A stretch of 63,367 nucleotides of DNA, the filler included, from Globobulimina sp. (taxonomy: Eukaryota): the NCBI GenBank assembly GCA_003354225.1. It is 48 parts of 48 records of this genome, joined end to end, with 100 filler letters (N's around TTAATTAATTAA, not from the genome) between each part and the next. Parts side by side here need not be neighbours in the genome. Positions count along the whole stretch, not along the records: positions 1 to 1,224 come from PIVH01020647.1; positions 1,325 to 2,548 come from PIVH01020648.1; positions 2,649 to 3,872 come from PIVH01020649.1; positions 3,973 to 5,196 come from PIVH01020650.1; positions 5,297 to 6,519 come from PIVH01020651.1; positions 6,620 to 7,842 come from PIVH01020652.1; positions 7,943 to 9,165 come from PIVH01020653.1; positions 9,266 to 10,488 come from PIVH01020654.1; 40 more parts are not named here. One strand, written 5' to 3'. The first letter of the stretch is position 1, and each line of letters opens with the position of its first letter. Positions 1 to 11,911 of this stretch are shown here, one piece after another. The notes under the pieces were generated by a model, which made no database searches, was not told the origin of the DNA, and was given only the letters and a program-made list of their open reading frames with translations. The position numbers and the translations under genes are program-made.

Positions 1-1224
1 TCGTAATATTCAATGGCATCATTTTGTCGGTTCAATTGAAACATAACATTTCCGCAAATATTATACGTAATAATTAATTTCTTGTCATCATTATTCTTAT
101 TTAAAATTGTGAGTATTTCCTGTAATATGGACCAAGCGGCGACAAAATGTTTTTGAGCAATAAAAACTCCGACTTTATCATGTAAAATGTCTATTTGTTG
201 CTCTTTGGATGACAGTTCCTGTACAATAAGTAACTGCTTATCCAAATATTCAATACTTTTATCATAGTTTGCATAATAACATAAATTCAAATGTGATAAA
301 CCATTCAAACATTCCAATTTAATATTTAAATAATTCAAACTATTTGTTGATAAATCAATGATATCCAATATTTGGTGATAAATATTTTGTGCAGATTCAT
401 AATCCTTTATTTTTTCATTATAAATCTTTGCTAAATTTAATAATGGATTGACCAGTTTATAATGATTACAACCAAATGTTTCTTGTATAATGTCTTTACA
501 TTCGATTAAGTGTTTTAATGCTAAATCATATTTCTTGTTCAACAAATAATAATTTGATAAATTGTTATGACACGAAATTAATACGTTCTTATTCATATTT
601 CCATTGTTTAACATTAAATCGTAAGCATTGCTGAAACAAGTTAATGATTGCTGCATATCATTCATTTTAAAATAAACATTTCCTAAATTATTCAAACATG
701 CTACAATATCAATGTTCGTTGGTCCTAACTTACTAATTTTTATATCTTTCGCAGTTTGCAGAGATTTAATAGCTAACTTATAGTCTTGTTTCAGCTGATA
801 AATATATCCAAGTAATGAGTAAACCATTGATAATTGAAAACAATCGCAACCAAAATTAATTTCAAATATTTTTTTCGCTGAAAAAGCCAATTCCTGTGCT
901 TTTTGCAAATATTTATTATTTTTATCTTTATTTGACATAATATACGTATTTGCAATGTTTATCATATCAATGGCAATTAATGGATTTTTATCGTCTAATA
1001 ATTCTATTTTATTTTTTAAGCAATTTTCATAATTTTTGATTGCTTCATTCCATTGATTTAATTCTTTTTGAATTCCAGCTAAACCGGATTGGCGTATTAA
1101 TAGTCTTAATTTGATATCTTTATCGTTTTCATTGTTCTTGTTCTTTTTTTCTAATATTTGCACACATTCTTCATTTAAATTCAACGCTTTATTCATCGCA
1201 TTCTGTTTTTGATATAATTTCGCC
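1..1224 (-). CDS. TPR-repeat protein (kinesin-light-chain-like TPRs), internal fragment
   Basis: Manual minus-strand translation gives TPR motifs, e.g. YSLLGYIYQLKQDYKLAIKSLQTAKDIKISKLGPTNIDIVACLNNLGNVYFKMNDMQQSLTCFSNAY and ICGNVMFQLNRQNDAIEYY; absent from the ORF track because it runs off the window. Confidence 0.8.
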
Positions 1225-1324
1225 NNNNNNNNNNNNNNNNNNNNNNNNNNNNNNNNNNNNNNNNNNNNTTAATTAATTAANNNNNNNNNNNNNNNNNNNN
1301 NNNNNNNNNNNNNNNNNNNNNNNN
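1225..1324. other. Artificial contig-joining linker (first of 47)
   Basis: N44-TTAATTAATTAA-N44 recurs every ~1.32 kb; flanking contigs decrease in length from 1224 to 1221 bp. Confidence 0.99.
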
Positions 1325-1516
1325 TCCAGGCTCACAGATTGCTTGAGCATCCCTTGAGGATAGTGATGTAAGTCAACAATAAAAAAATTATTCATAAATA
1401 TATATATAGCATATATATGTATACGTACACAAAACCCAACACAAACGGCAGATATGTACATAATAACATATTAAAAAAAGAGGCAAAATTAAATCGAAAA
1501 AAAAGGAGAGAAAATT

Positions 1517-2548
1517 TTATAAAAATTCATAATTTATTATTTCTACCTCTTCATCATTTTCGCACATGCAAATAGCAAAAGTAATTTTTTTACAATAATC
1601 CAACAGTGCTAAGGTTTCTGCGTGTTTTCCATTGTGATAAATTATCAATTCATTACTAACAAAATTAAACGATAATTTGAAGATATCGCCTTGTTTGAAG
1701 TTGCTGGGTGCTCTGTAATTTAAATCTCGACAGCCACCTCGCATCATTTCACAAAAATAGTTGTACCCATTGTAAACATAATACGCTGCGCAATTTTGTG
1801 AGTTTTCTCCGTAACCAAGACAAGCATTCCAATCTCGCACAGAATCTTCTATCGCGTCCGTAATGTAACCAATCAGAAAATTACTGCCGCCTCTAATAGA
1901 AATATCGAATTGGTCACACATTGTATTATTTATTTCTTGACCAAATAAACATATGCTCCAACTGTTATCGTTGACTTTTTTAACAATATTTCCATTCACA
2001 AACTCTAAATTCTCACCATGCTCTTCACTATAAAATTGCATCGGTTTTGTACGTTTTATTGCTTTTTTAATTGATATTATGTTACTTGGCACTGACCATG
2101 AATGTGCATCAAAGTAACACAATTTGAAAACATATTTTCCTTTTTTATTTCCAATATTTAATGAGATTTCATTCTCATTCACATCGTAATTATTTATACT
2201 AAAAGATTTATTATTGTTGAAACATAATTTCATTTCTTTTTCTTCATCATCATGCTCGTTCAAATCGATTCTGGTCCATTCAACTTTTATTTTTCTTTCA
2301 TTATCAGAATTTCGTCGTAATTGAGCTTGTTTTTCTTGATTACAATTATTTAATTTCCATTTTAATTTTACAGAATTGTTTGAATCATCAATGGCTAATA
2401 ATATTGGAATTTGCACATTTGAAATATGAGCAAAATTATTTATAATGTTAATGGAATGATTTTTGTTGATTGAAATATTAATTTTATATTCATGATCAAA
2501 TACATTTGTAATAGCAGCGTCATTTACATATTTTGCGGCATTTAAAAC
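1517..2548 (-). CDS. FN3-like plus SPRY/B30.2-like domain protein, 5' partial
   Basis: VKLKWK...YVFKL...WSVPSN (FN3-like) followed by FLIGYI...FKQGDIFKLSFNFVSNELIIYHNGK...FAICM (SPRY-like). Confidence 0.6.
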   Translation of the reverse strand, partial: VLNAAKYVNDAAITNVFDHEYKINISINKNHSINIINNFAHISNVQIPILLAIDDSNNSVKLKWKLNNCNQEKQAQLRRNSDNERKIKVEWTRIDLNEHDDEEKEMKLCFNNNKSFSINNYDVNENEISLNIGNKKGKYVFKLCYFDAHSWSVPSNIISIKKAIKRTKPMQFYSEEHGENLEFVNGNIVKKVNDNSWSICLFGQEINNTMCDQFDISIRGGSNFLIGYITDAIEDSVRDWNACLGYGENSQNCAAYYVYNGYNYFCEMMRGGCRDLNYRAPSNFKQGDIFKLSFNFVSNELIIYHNGKHAETLALLDYCKKITFAICMCENDEEVEIINYEFL

Positions 2549-2648
2549 NNNNNNNNNNNNNNNNNNNNNNNNNNNNNNNNNNNNNNNNNNNNTTAATTAA
2601 TTAANNNNNNNNNNNNNNNNNNNNNNNNNNNNNNNNNNNNNNNNNNNN

Positions 2649-3621
2649 TAACCAACATAGGTTTAAGATAATTGCTTTGTGGCGAGAGGTATGGTCATGT
2701 TTTGATACGAACGCAACAAAACAGATTACTGCAGAACAGTTTATTAATGTGTTGAAATTGACTCCAGCCACTCACGATTTTTACAAAAAAAACTCAATTG
2801 TTGGTCCTGGCTTTTATGACAATGAACAGGGCCCATTTCTTCATTTGATGAATAAATATGGTGATTACAATAATGCAAATGACCATCAATTTATTTTAAA
2901 AAAATTATATACCATTATGAGTGTGGACGAATTGCAGTCACAGTTAAAGAAATTGTGCAATAATAATATCCCACATTCAGATGTGCTAAAATTATTAATT
3001 TCATTGAGATTAAGAGTATATAGAAAAAAGAATAAGAATGATACTGCTGTTGCAAATAATAGTTGTTGTGTAAAATTGCAACAAACAATAAAGAAGAAAT
3101 TACATTTAATCAACCGACCCATAAAGAATGCAGATTCATCGTCGTACATTAATGTTAGTGATGATTTGGATGCTTTTAATGAATATAAATGGTATGTTTC
3201 TTTTGACGAAGCTTTGTTAGCATTATGCAGCGAAGCTATCGGTCCTCGGTTGCCTGACAATGCGCAGATATTTGAAATAAATGAAAATAATCAACAATTA
3301 AAAATTGAGGAATGGTATGCAATGAAATATAATGTTATCAATGAATATAAATCAATCAAATTAAACATAACAAAGAAAAAGCAAATTGTTCCTAATACAC
3401 AGAAAAATATAAAGTTAAGATTTCAAAAAAATGTTGAAATGCTAAGTGAAGCTGCATTCAGTTATCAGAATACTGTATCTATGGATGATGAGAATGACGA
3501 CGATGATGATGGTGAATGTTGTGATAATTCCGTGTCGAGTGATAATGAGAAACCTAGCATTTATAATTACAGCACAAACAACGAACAGAAACAAACCATA
3601 GAAATTATCGAATGTGAATAA
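2649..3621 (+). CDS. Voltage-gated Ca2+/Na+ channel C-terminal cytoplasmic tail, 5' partial
   Basis: WREVWSCFDTNATKQI matches the post-S6 EF-hand motif (W..FDP.AT..I); VSFDEALLALC and EEWYAM resemble the pre-IQ and IQ regions. Confidence 0.6.
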
Positions 3622-4030
3622 CGCAAAATTTATGATTTTTTCATTATTGGGTATTTATGATAATAAATATTTTTTTTGTATGTATGTTGTGTGGATGTTA
3701 AAAATATTATAATTGGCAAGAAATTTCGGAGCCATCCAATAAATCTAAAACAAGGTTGTATGTACAACTGAAACAATATACTGCACATATTAGCAAGTCT
3801 ACAAATACTGTTTCCATATGACCCTATATTCTTTCTATCTGACAGTCTAGCGTTGTCATATGAACGTATATTNNNNNNNNNNNNNNNNNNNNNNNNNNNN
3901 NNNNNNNNNNNNNNNNTTAATTAATTAANNNNNNNNNNNNNNNNNNNNNNNNNNNNNNNNNNNNNNNNNNNNTTTTGAGTCAACTGAAATTTTTTGTTTT
4001 ACATTGTATTCATTTTGCGCTCTTTAATAA

Positions 4031-5032
4031 CTAATTAATTATCTTCTTGAATTTCTCGAAATAATGATATTTTGATATAGTGTTCATGTGAGGGTCAAAA
4101 TACATGCCAGGCTTTCCTTTAGTTGTTGGGGTAGATACAACACCAAAATATATCAATTCAGGCATTGGTATCCAATAAATGAAATCCAATTTGGTCATTT
4201 CTTTGTTCCCAAGGCATATTGCAAGCACATCAAAATCAGATTCATCATACGGAACTGCCACACCACGCTTTGTTTTTGTAACACCAACCTTCCAACATCC
4301 TCTATCAGTTACGTAAGTTTTTGATTTGACTTGTACTCTCATATCCGATGTGCCATTAAATCGGTTTACAATGACATCAACTGCTCCGCCACCAACAGTT
4401 GGCCAGGTAATTTGATATTTGTTGCATAAACACCATTCGATAAACATCTGTTCGCCAAGTCTGCCATTTCTGCAATTCGCAACGCACACATTTTCTGCAC
4501 GATGTTGATTAAGAGATGACAAATCAATAAGAAATTGAGGATACTTCTGAATGGTTGACACAATAAATTGATCCAAATTATAAATTCTTCTTACGTCGCG
4601 AACACAATTTACTGCAGTACCGCAAGAGTCTATTGTCATTGTCCGATGATTTGTCTTCGTTTCATTGCTGAGTTCATACCAACAATGTATCATATCATTG
4701 TCAGCAAATCCAAATAATAGTATAACCATATTCGTATATCCCAACAAATTACTCCATGCAAAAGAGTTTCGAATATCACCAGATTTCAGGGCACGGTGGC
4801 GCTCACTACTACATTTAATTTGTATTGGCAAAAATAAGGAGTTATCATGAGATACTCCGTAATCAGCAACGCACCCTTCCTCGGAGTGACAAGTATGTAC
4901 AGACGTAATATTTTTATCCATGTAATGTTTAGCTTTTGCTTCCAAAATAAATTTAGGATTGTATGTCTGCGTTTGCAGCCATCTTCGTTGACTTATTGTA
5001 TTTGAATATCTGCATCTGCAGAAGAATGCCAT
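4031..5032 (-). CDS. Tandem PD-(D/E)XK endonuclease-domain protein with putative organellar presequence
   Basis: Complete intronless 333-aa ORF. Domain 1: E..EGCVAD..IQIK. Domain 2: GE..GAVDVIV..RVQVKS..YDESDFDVL..YWIP (PDDEXK_5-like). Confidence 0.75.
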   Translation of the reverse strand: MAFFCRCRYSNTISQRRWLQTQTYNPKFILEAKAKHYMDKNITSVHTCHSEEGCVADYGVSHDNSLFLPIQIKCSSERHRALKSGDIRNSFAWSNLLGYTNMVILLFGFADNDMIHCWYELSNETKTNHRTMTIDSCGTAVNCVRDVRRIYNLDQFIVSTIQKYPQFLIDLSSLNQHRAENVCVANCRNGRLGEQMFIEWCLCNKYQITWPTVGGGAVDVIVNRFNGTSDMRVQVKSKTYVTDRGCWKVGVTKTKRGVAVPYDESDFDVLAICLGNKEMTKLDFIYWIPMPELIYFGVVSTPTTKGKPGMYFDPHMNTISKYHYFEKFKKIIN

Positions 5033-5296
5033 TCCAAATAAAAGGTCAGTGACTTAAAAAAGCATCCAGTGGAAGATGAATAGCATGTTCTTGGTGTCTG
5101 TATTTTTCGTCAGTATTTTGCATTTAAATGGAGCAAAAAAAGTGAGTGTTGATGTGACATTACATCGCAAAGATATATTTTCTTTGTTTTCAGAGGNNNN
5201 NNNNNNNNNNNNNNNNNNNNNNNNNNNNNNNNNNNNNNNNTTAATTAATTAANNNNNNNNNNNNNNNNNNNNNNNNNNNNNNNNNNNNNNNNNNNN

Positions 5297-6316
5297 TTTT
5301 TGAACATATTTTTTAATTCTTCCATTTCTGTTTTATTGTCATAAAATCCATCAAATATTGATGACCGAAATGTTAATTTATCACATTCAATCTCTTCAAT
5401 TTCTTTTTTTACTTCTTTTTTTGTGGATGTTTTACCAACTTTTCTTTGATTATTTTTAATTGTTTTCCATTCGCCGGATTTAACACTATGAATTTCATCA
5501 TTTTCATGACATTGATTTTTTGTTTGGAGATAACTTTGTTTTTCGGGCTCTTTTTTAATTGAAATTAATTTCCATGATTTACATTTGCTAATTTTACCAT
5601 GTTTATATCGTTTATGATCTGAAAAAACAGAAACTTTCTTTAAATTATGATAATCTTTTTTAATATCATCATTCGGCCAATTCATTCTTTCAATTTGTTT
5701 CTTTTGTTTATTATTATTGTTTCTATCATTAATCTTAAATTGTGCGGGAGCAATTTGTTGAATATTAGCAGTTCGAAATAACGATGGATCTGTATAAATA
5801 CTTATTTTTTTATCATTTTGGATTGGTTTATTTTTACCATTTTTATTTTTCTTATTATTTTTATGATTATTATTCACAGAATGTGCATTTGGTAATGGTT
5901 TATGTCCAGAAATACCATGTTTAACACTGAAATGGGCTCTGCGTGGTTTTGTATTGGATGATGCTAAGACTACGGTCAATTTTGAATTGTCAAATGCTAA
6001 TATTGGTAATGATGCGAGTACTTTTTTTACGGATGATTCATTTGCAAATGTTACCTTAATTTGTATTTGTATATATGTTTGTGTTTGTATTTGTATTTAA
6101 TTTGCTGTGCTATGAATAATTAAGAACAGAAAACTTAACAAATCCATAACATCTCGATCGAACCCTAAATCTATCCGGAATAACAACAGATTCTCGAATT
6201 GCACCAAAATCAATAAATATATCATATAAATCTTTTGATGAATGTTTTTGTGATAATCCACCAACAAATAATTTTAATTTATGTGTATTGATTCCTTTTG
6301 TTCCACCTATCCCCAC
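5297..6316 (-). CDS. RRM-domain RNA-binding protein, partial, intron 6055-6139
   Basis: RNP2 KLFVGGL; RNP1 RCYGF|VTF is restored by splicing GTTAAG...TAAG; Lys/Asn-rich tail. Confidence 0.75.
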
Positions 6317-6619
6317 TGGACAGAATACATCGATTTTTATTGGTTTAAGGAAATTGAATTAAACGGCAAAAAATATCGCGATGAATATTCATTCAAAACC
6401 AGATACAGGCTGCTTAGTTCAAATTATACTAAAATCAATGGTGACTTTGTTGCTGAATATGAAGAAATACTTGTTGGGAATAAGTATTTTGATTATGATG
6501 ATTATCTTTAGATTAGAGGNNNNNNNNNNNNNNNNNNNNNNNNNNNNNNNNNNNNNNNNNNNNTTAATTAATTAANNNNNNNNNNNNNNNNNNNNNNNNN
6601 NNNNNNNNNNNNNNNNNNN

Positions 6620-7842
6620 CCTATCATAAGATCCTGATGTTCGGCTTCTTGCACTCTTTGTGTTCCGTACGTATATCAATGAACGACGTATCAAAGAAAA
6701 CCTTCTTATTATGCGAGAATTCGATCAAAACCAACTCTGTGACCTCTGTTTTGTTGCAGCAGTATGCGACGGACCACCCCTTTGCGCAGTACTTCCCTTC
6801 CCATTTAAAACAGGCGGCCGACTATTTCCAAGTTATTTTATTTTGTTGCTTTTGCGTTTGCACAATTTGTTGACTAATAATTTTATATAATATAATGTAA
6901 TGCAGAATAAATTTGAGATGGATATAAAACGATTTGGTAATGCGCTACGATTAGCGGCTGGCAATAATATGAGTGTGAATCAAATAAATCCGTCCATGGC
7001 CGGCAATTGCAACCTACCGTCGGCAGCCATGACCTGTACAGCCACCAACCCCTTAAACCATGCATTAAATCACAATTTGAATATGAATATGAACGGTATC
7101 ACTGGCTTAAATATCAATGATTTGAACGGTTTGAACTCATTTAATCGATATTCCATGCAGCGATTAAACGGTATTGGGTTGAATCGGATGAATATAAATA
7201 ATATCCAATTCACCAATACCTTGAACGGATTGCATACATTAATCACCACTCAAAACCATGCAAAGTCAAAGGAAAGCGACCACAAATCAGAGGATAAGAA
7301 ACATATTAAGGTCAAGACCAATATTAACGAGCAATTAGCGTCGCCCTTATCTGTGGGCAACACCACAAATAATAACAATCCATTCAACACCAATACCAAT
7401 ATTCATTTACCGCCGATACCAAATTTGAGCATCCCACCACAGCTCGGCAGCGATAATAAGATGAGGATTGCAGTAAATGGCAAATCCGAGTCGGTGGTCT
7501 CCTTTTTGAATCAGATTGTGTCCACATGTAACAACCAACAAATATTCATGCAACGCCTACAGAATCGCGTATATTCCATGGAACGCATTATTAAACAAAT
7601 CAAGCCGCACATTGACGGCAATAACAATGGCTTAGATGCGACTCATTCATTGCGGCCCTTACCGCGGGTGCAAGAAATCGAAGTTTGCAAATCTAACATT
7701 CAGTCGTTACCGTTGATGAATGCAAATATTATTTCAAATACAAATATTAATTCAAATACAAATAATAAACACTTACAATTTGTACTAAATCCACAAATGC
7801 CTTCCGTGCAACAAGCGCAACAAAGACAATTTCAACAAATTC
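6620..7842 (+). CDS. Asn/Gln-rich low-complexity protein, partial, intron 6832-6905
   Basis: A phase-0 GTTATT...TGCAG intron joins ...AADYFQ to NKFEMDIK...; long open frame. Confidence 0.55.
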
Positions 7843-8232
7843 NNNNNNNNNNNNNNNNNNNNNNNNNNNNNNNNNNNNNNNNNNNNTTAATTAATTAANN
7901 NNNNNNNNNNNNNNNNNNNNNNNNNNNNNNNNNNNNNNNNNNGTCGTCGCCGTATGATCGAAAGTTTGTAATTTTAACGCATAGGTCGATTTAGCGATTT
8001 TTTGATTTGTAGCCGACGTTTGATCTTGCCGATTTTAACGGTATTGCCGACGGTTTACGGCAAATTTTGAGAGTTTGTTTGACGTTCGAGTCCGCGAATC
8101 CGTTGACTTTTGGCAAAAAATAATGATTTTGCTCTGAATGGCAAAACCGTTGGACGAAACGGTGTTTGTCCGAATTTGAACGATTTTGCTCTTTTTTGGC
8201 AAAACCGATTGACGAAACCCTTTGGTTCGTCT

Positions 8233-8284
8233 GTTTGCGCTGCGTTTAAAGCGACTTTGTTTGCGCTGCGTTTAAAGCGACTTT
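8233..8284. repeat. Perfect 26-bp tandem duplication in a non-coding contig
   Basis: GTTTGCGCTGCGTTTAAAGCGACTTT x2. Confidence 0.9.
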
Positions 8285-9265
8285 GGATTGTAGCTACGAG
8301 GCTACGAGAAATTCTGCCAAATTTTCACGAATTTTCGACTGACTCTACGTTTGACAACCGAATTTTAACGAACGGCTCAAAAACGCCAATTTCACGCTGT
8401 TGTTTTTAGCGTTTCCGATCGATCATACGTTTGCGGTGAGCGACGGAAAACCTCGGACGCACAGGTGAGGTTGGAATAAAAAAGGGTTTTTAGAGATGGC
8501 CTTTGAGGCTCCCTGGTGAAGTAGAGGGGGACGAAATTTGCCACGAAACGTCGCTCTGCGAACCCCCAGACTCTTGTGATTTCGGAACAAGATTCCTAGT
8601 CTCATTGGGGTCGGGTTGAAGCAAAGCTTCATTATGGATGGGCATGGGACAGCAGACGTTACTAAACCCTCAAAAAACCCATGGCCATGGTATACCTTTT
8701 GAATCCCAATCCGATCGACTCCATGTTGATTTCTAGGCACCAAATGTAAAGAAAGTACAATAAAGTAATGTAGATTTAGAAATATAATAATGATGTTGTG
8801 TGCCTGGCGTCCGGTCCTGATCGTTTTATTCTCGTCAACTAAATAATATTATCAAATTAGAAAAGATAAAAATTACATAACAATACTACGTGAAACTGGT
8901 AGATATAAATTACATAATATGCAAATTTTTGTATAAACTAAATAAATTTACGATATGTAAATATCGTCACTCCCGACAACAAAAGAACCGGAAGTGAACA
9001 AAAAAAACATAATACAATAATTAATATGATTACATATAAATAATTGAATACATAATAATATAACTTAATATAAAATAATAATATAAAATAAAAAATTTTT
9101 CTTTTCCTTTAGGGACCTCCGCCACACGAAAGGTGTTGACCAAATTTGTCCCATAGACGTGATGGNNNNNNNNNNNNNNNNNNNNNNNNNNNNNNNNNNN
9201 NNNNNNNNNTTAATTAATTAANNNNNNNNNNNNNNNNNNNNNNNNNNNNNNNNNNNNNNNNNNNN

Positions 9266-10488
9266 TAAAGTGATTCCGGTGCGAATTAATTTGACAGATA
9301 ACAATGACATTGCAGACATTGAAATTCCTTTTGGTGAATATGATGTATTGGATGATTCTGTAAACAAAAAACAAATCAATGCGAAAGTAAGCAAACAAGG
9401 AAAGAATTCATTGTCGTATTTTATATTTCGGTATACGAGCAAACATGAAGTGAATAATCAAATGTTGTTTGATCCCAAAAGTAAAACATTTTTGCATCGA
9501 TTTGGTTTTATTAATAGTATGGAAACAGATTGGAAGATATTGCCAAGAAGAACTGTGTTTGTGTTGGATAAAAGCGGTTCAATGTGGGGGATTTGGAAGG
9601 CAGCACAAGAAGCACTCATTGGCGCAGTGGCGAATATGAAAGAAAATGATAGATTTGGCATAGTATTATTCGATTCTGATGTGTACACAAAACAAATTAA
9701 GCAAGCACATAAAGGCGCTGTTGATAAAACAATTGCATATTTACGTAGTCAAGAACCAGGAAGTGCCACTAATTTGTATGGCGGAATACGAGCGGCGATG
9801 GATTTAATCATTGCGGATGGTGGAGGCCATAAAGGCGATGAATATGTGAATCAAGTTGTGTTTGTTACAGATGGTGTGGCAAATGTTGGTGTAACCAGCG
9901 TTGATCAAATATTAGCAAATATGTTTGCTGTAAATGGGAAATTAGCCAAACCAATATCTGTATTTGGTATTGGAATAGGCGATGATTATGGCAATGATTG
10001 GGTGCAATATTTAAATTATCCGTTAATTCGACAGATATCAATACAAAATGGCGGATTTGATAAACGAATAAAACAAAGTGAGACGAAACAAGAGTTAGAG
10101 AAATATTACAAAATTTTAGAGTCGCCACAATTAACATATATTAATGTTAAATATACATCGTCAAATTATGAAATTACTAAAGTGAGCCAACATAAATTTA
10201 GCACATTATACAGTGGCACCGATATTGTAATTTGTGGTAAATTGGAGACGAAAGACAAAAACATTAATTTATTTGATGGAGCATTCAAAACAGCAATTAT
10301 TTCTGAACAGGATGTTATAGAAAAAGAGTTTGCGTCGACTGACATAATAATAAGTTCGAATGAAAATATTGGTATAAATGTGGAGAGAATTTGGGCGTAT
10401 TTGAGTTTGAAGCATTATGAAAATGTATTGTTACAAGACAGACATAATATTGATGCTGCAATGAGAAGATTAGTGAACGAAAATGCAC
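9266..10488 (+). CDS. Inter-alpha-trypsin inhibitor heavy chain-like vWA protein, internal fragment
   Basis: MIDAS motif VFVLDKSGSM; DRFGIVLFD; ATNLYGG; VFVTDG; ITIH-like IVICGKL and VERIWAYL. Confidence 0.85.
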
Positions 10489-10588
10489 NNNNNNNNNNNN
10501 NNNNNNNNNNNNNNNNNNNNNNNNNNNNNNNNTTAATTAATTAANNNNNNNNNNNNNNNNNNNNNNNNNNNNNNNNNNNNNNNNNNNN

Positions 10589-11811
10589 ACTACGCCGTAT
10601 GCCACATTCAATGGCTCCGGCCGTAGAACGCCGAAATTGCCGCACCGGCCACCCCCGAAAAACAAATCCCTCCCACCCTTGAAAATAGCCTCCAGTCTGC
10701 AACAAAAGGATGTGGTGCAAGTGACGCAGGCCAGTATCCCACATCGTATGTCCGTGACTGACCATCGTCGGTTGCATCGCCGCGCAAATACGCTCTCCAA
10801 TGCGTTGAAATTGGGCAAACATAACGCCAGCAATGTGTCGCCGTACGGCTCTGAGCCGTCACTACGCGACAGCGCCTGGCTCCGAAATCACATCAAGCAA
10901 AAGAACAACAGTGGCGACCACACGGTGGTGTTGTTGGAGGACCATCAGCAACCGTACCGCTTCCGCATCAGTGGCTTGACGAATGTGACCAAGTTGCCGC
11001 GCTTCCAAGCCATGAAGGAGAAGATCCGCCGCGTCATTGTCAGACACGAATTATGGACCGGGCCGTTGAGTTATGCGCAATGTATGTACGCCACGCCAAA
11101 TATTGCGCGCGTCAGCGACAACATGAAGTTCGCAGATTGGTGCACAGGCAAAAACGTACGGTTCTGCGAGTTGCCCCGCGAGGCAACTATTTCGCTGACG
11201 GTGTATGGTTTGTCGCCGCATGAGAAGAAGAAGAATCGTGTGGTGGAGACGCCGTTGGCCTATGTGCGGCTGCCGTTGATTGATAATAGGCACAGATTGG
11301 TGAATGGCAAGTATGTGCTGAATGTGTGGCCCATTGCAGTGTTTGTCAAAACTAAGCACGGTTTGAAATCTGATCCGTATTCGCACGGACAAGCGTTTAG
11401 ATTCCGAGGGGCTACGCGCGATCGCTTTATTATTAAGCAACAGAAACACACAACCAAAGCAGGTATGAATTGTGTAGATTTGATCTAAAAAGGCAGTTTC
11501 CAACGAGATGGATTGATCAATGCAAGTAAATGCGTGATGAGTCTATCTCGCTTGAAGGAGCATGCTGTGTCAAGCTGACATGGTGCGCTGTGTAAGTAAG
11601 TAACTTAGGGTTTTTTTTAATTTCTCTACAAAATGTAAAAAGATTCCGAAAAAAATAAATCGTCGTCAATCTTGGACCATTTTAACAAATTACAACACGA
11701 TGTATGCCAACTTTGCATTGAATTCACGCGACGCGACTTCGATGTGATAGCGCCGTTAATCAATACGGCGATTCGAAAGAAAGAGCGAAAGCGCAAAGAG
11801 AGCGCGGAACT
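10589..11811 (+). CDS. Phosphoinositide 3-kinase, C2-domain region, internal fragment, intron 11463-11642
   Basis: FCELPREATISLTVYG...PLAYVRLPLID...LVNGKYVLNVWP is a PI3K-type C2 domain; a phase-1 GTATGA...AAAG intron links to ...QLCIEF. Confidence 0.8.
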
Positions 11812-11911
11812 NNNNNNNNNNNNNNNNNNNNNNNNNNNNNNNNNNNNNNNNNNNNTTAATTAATTAANNNNNNNNNNNNNNNNNNNNNNNNNNNNNNNNN
11901 NNNNNNNNNNN

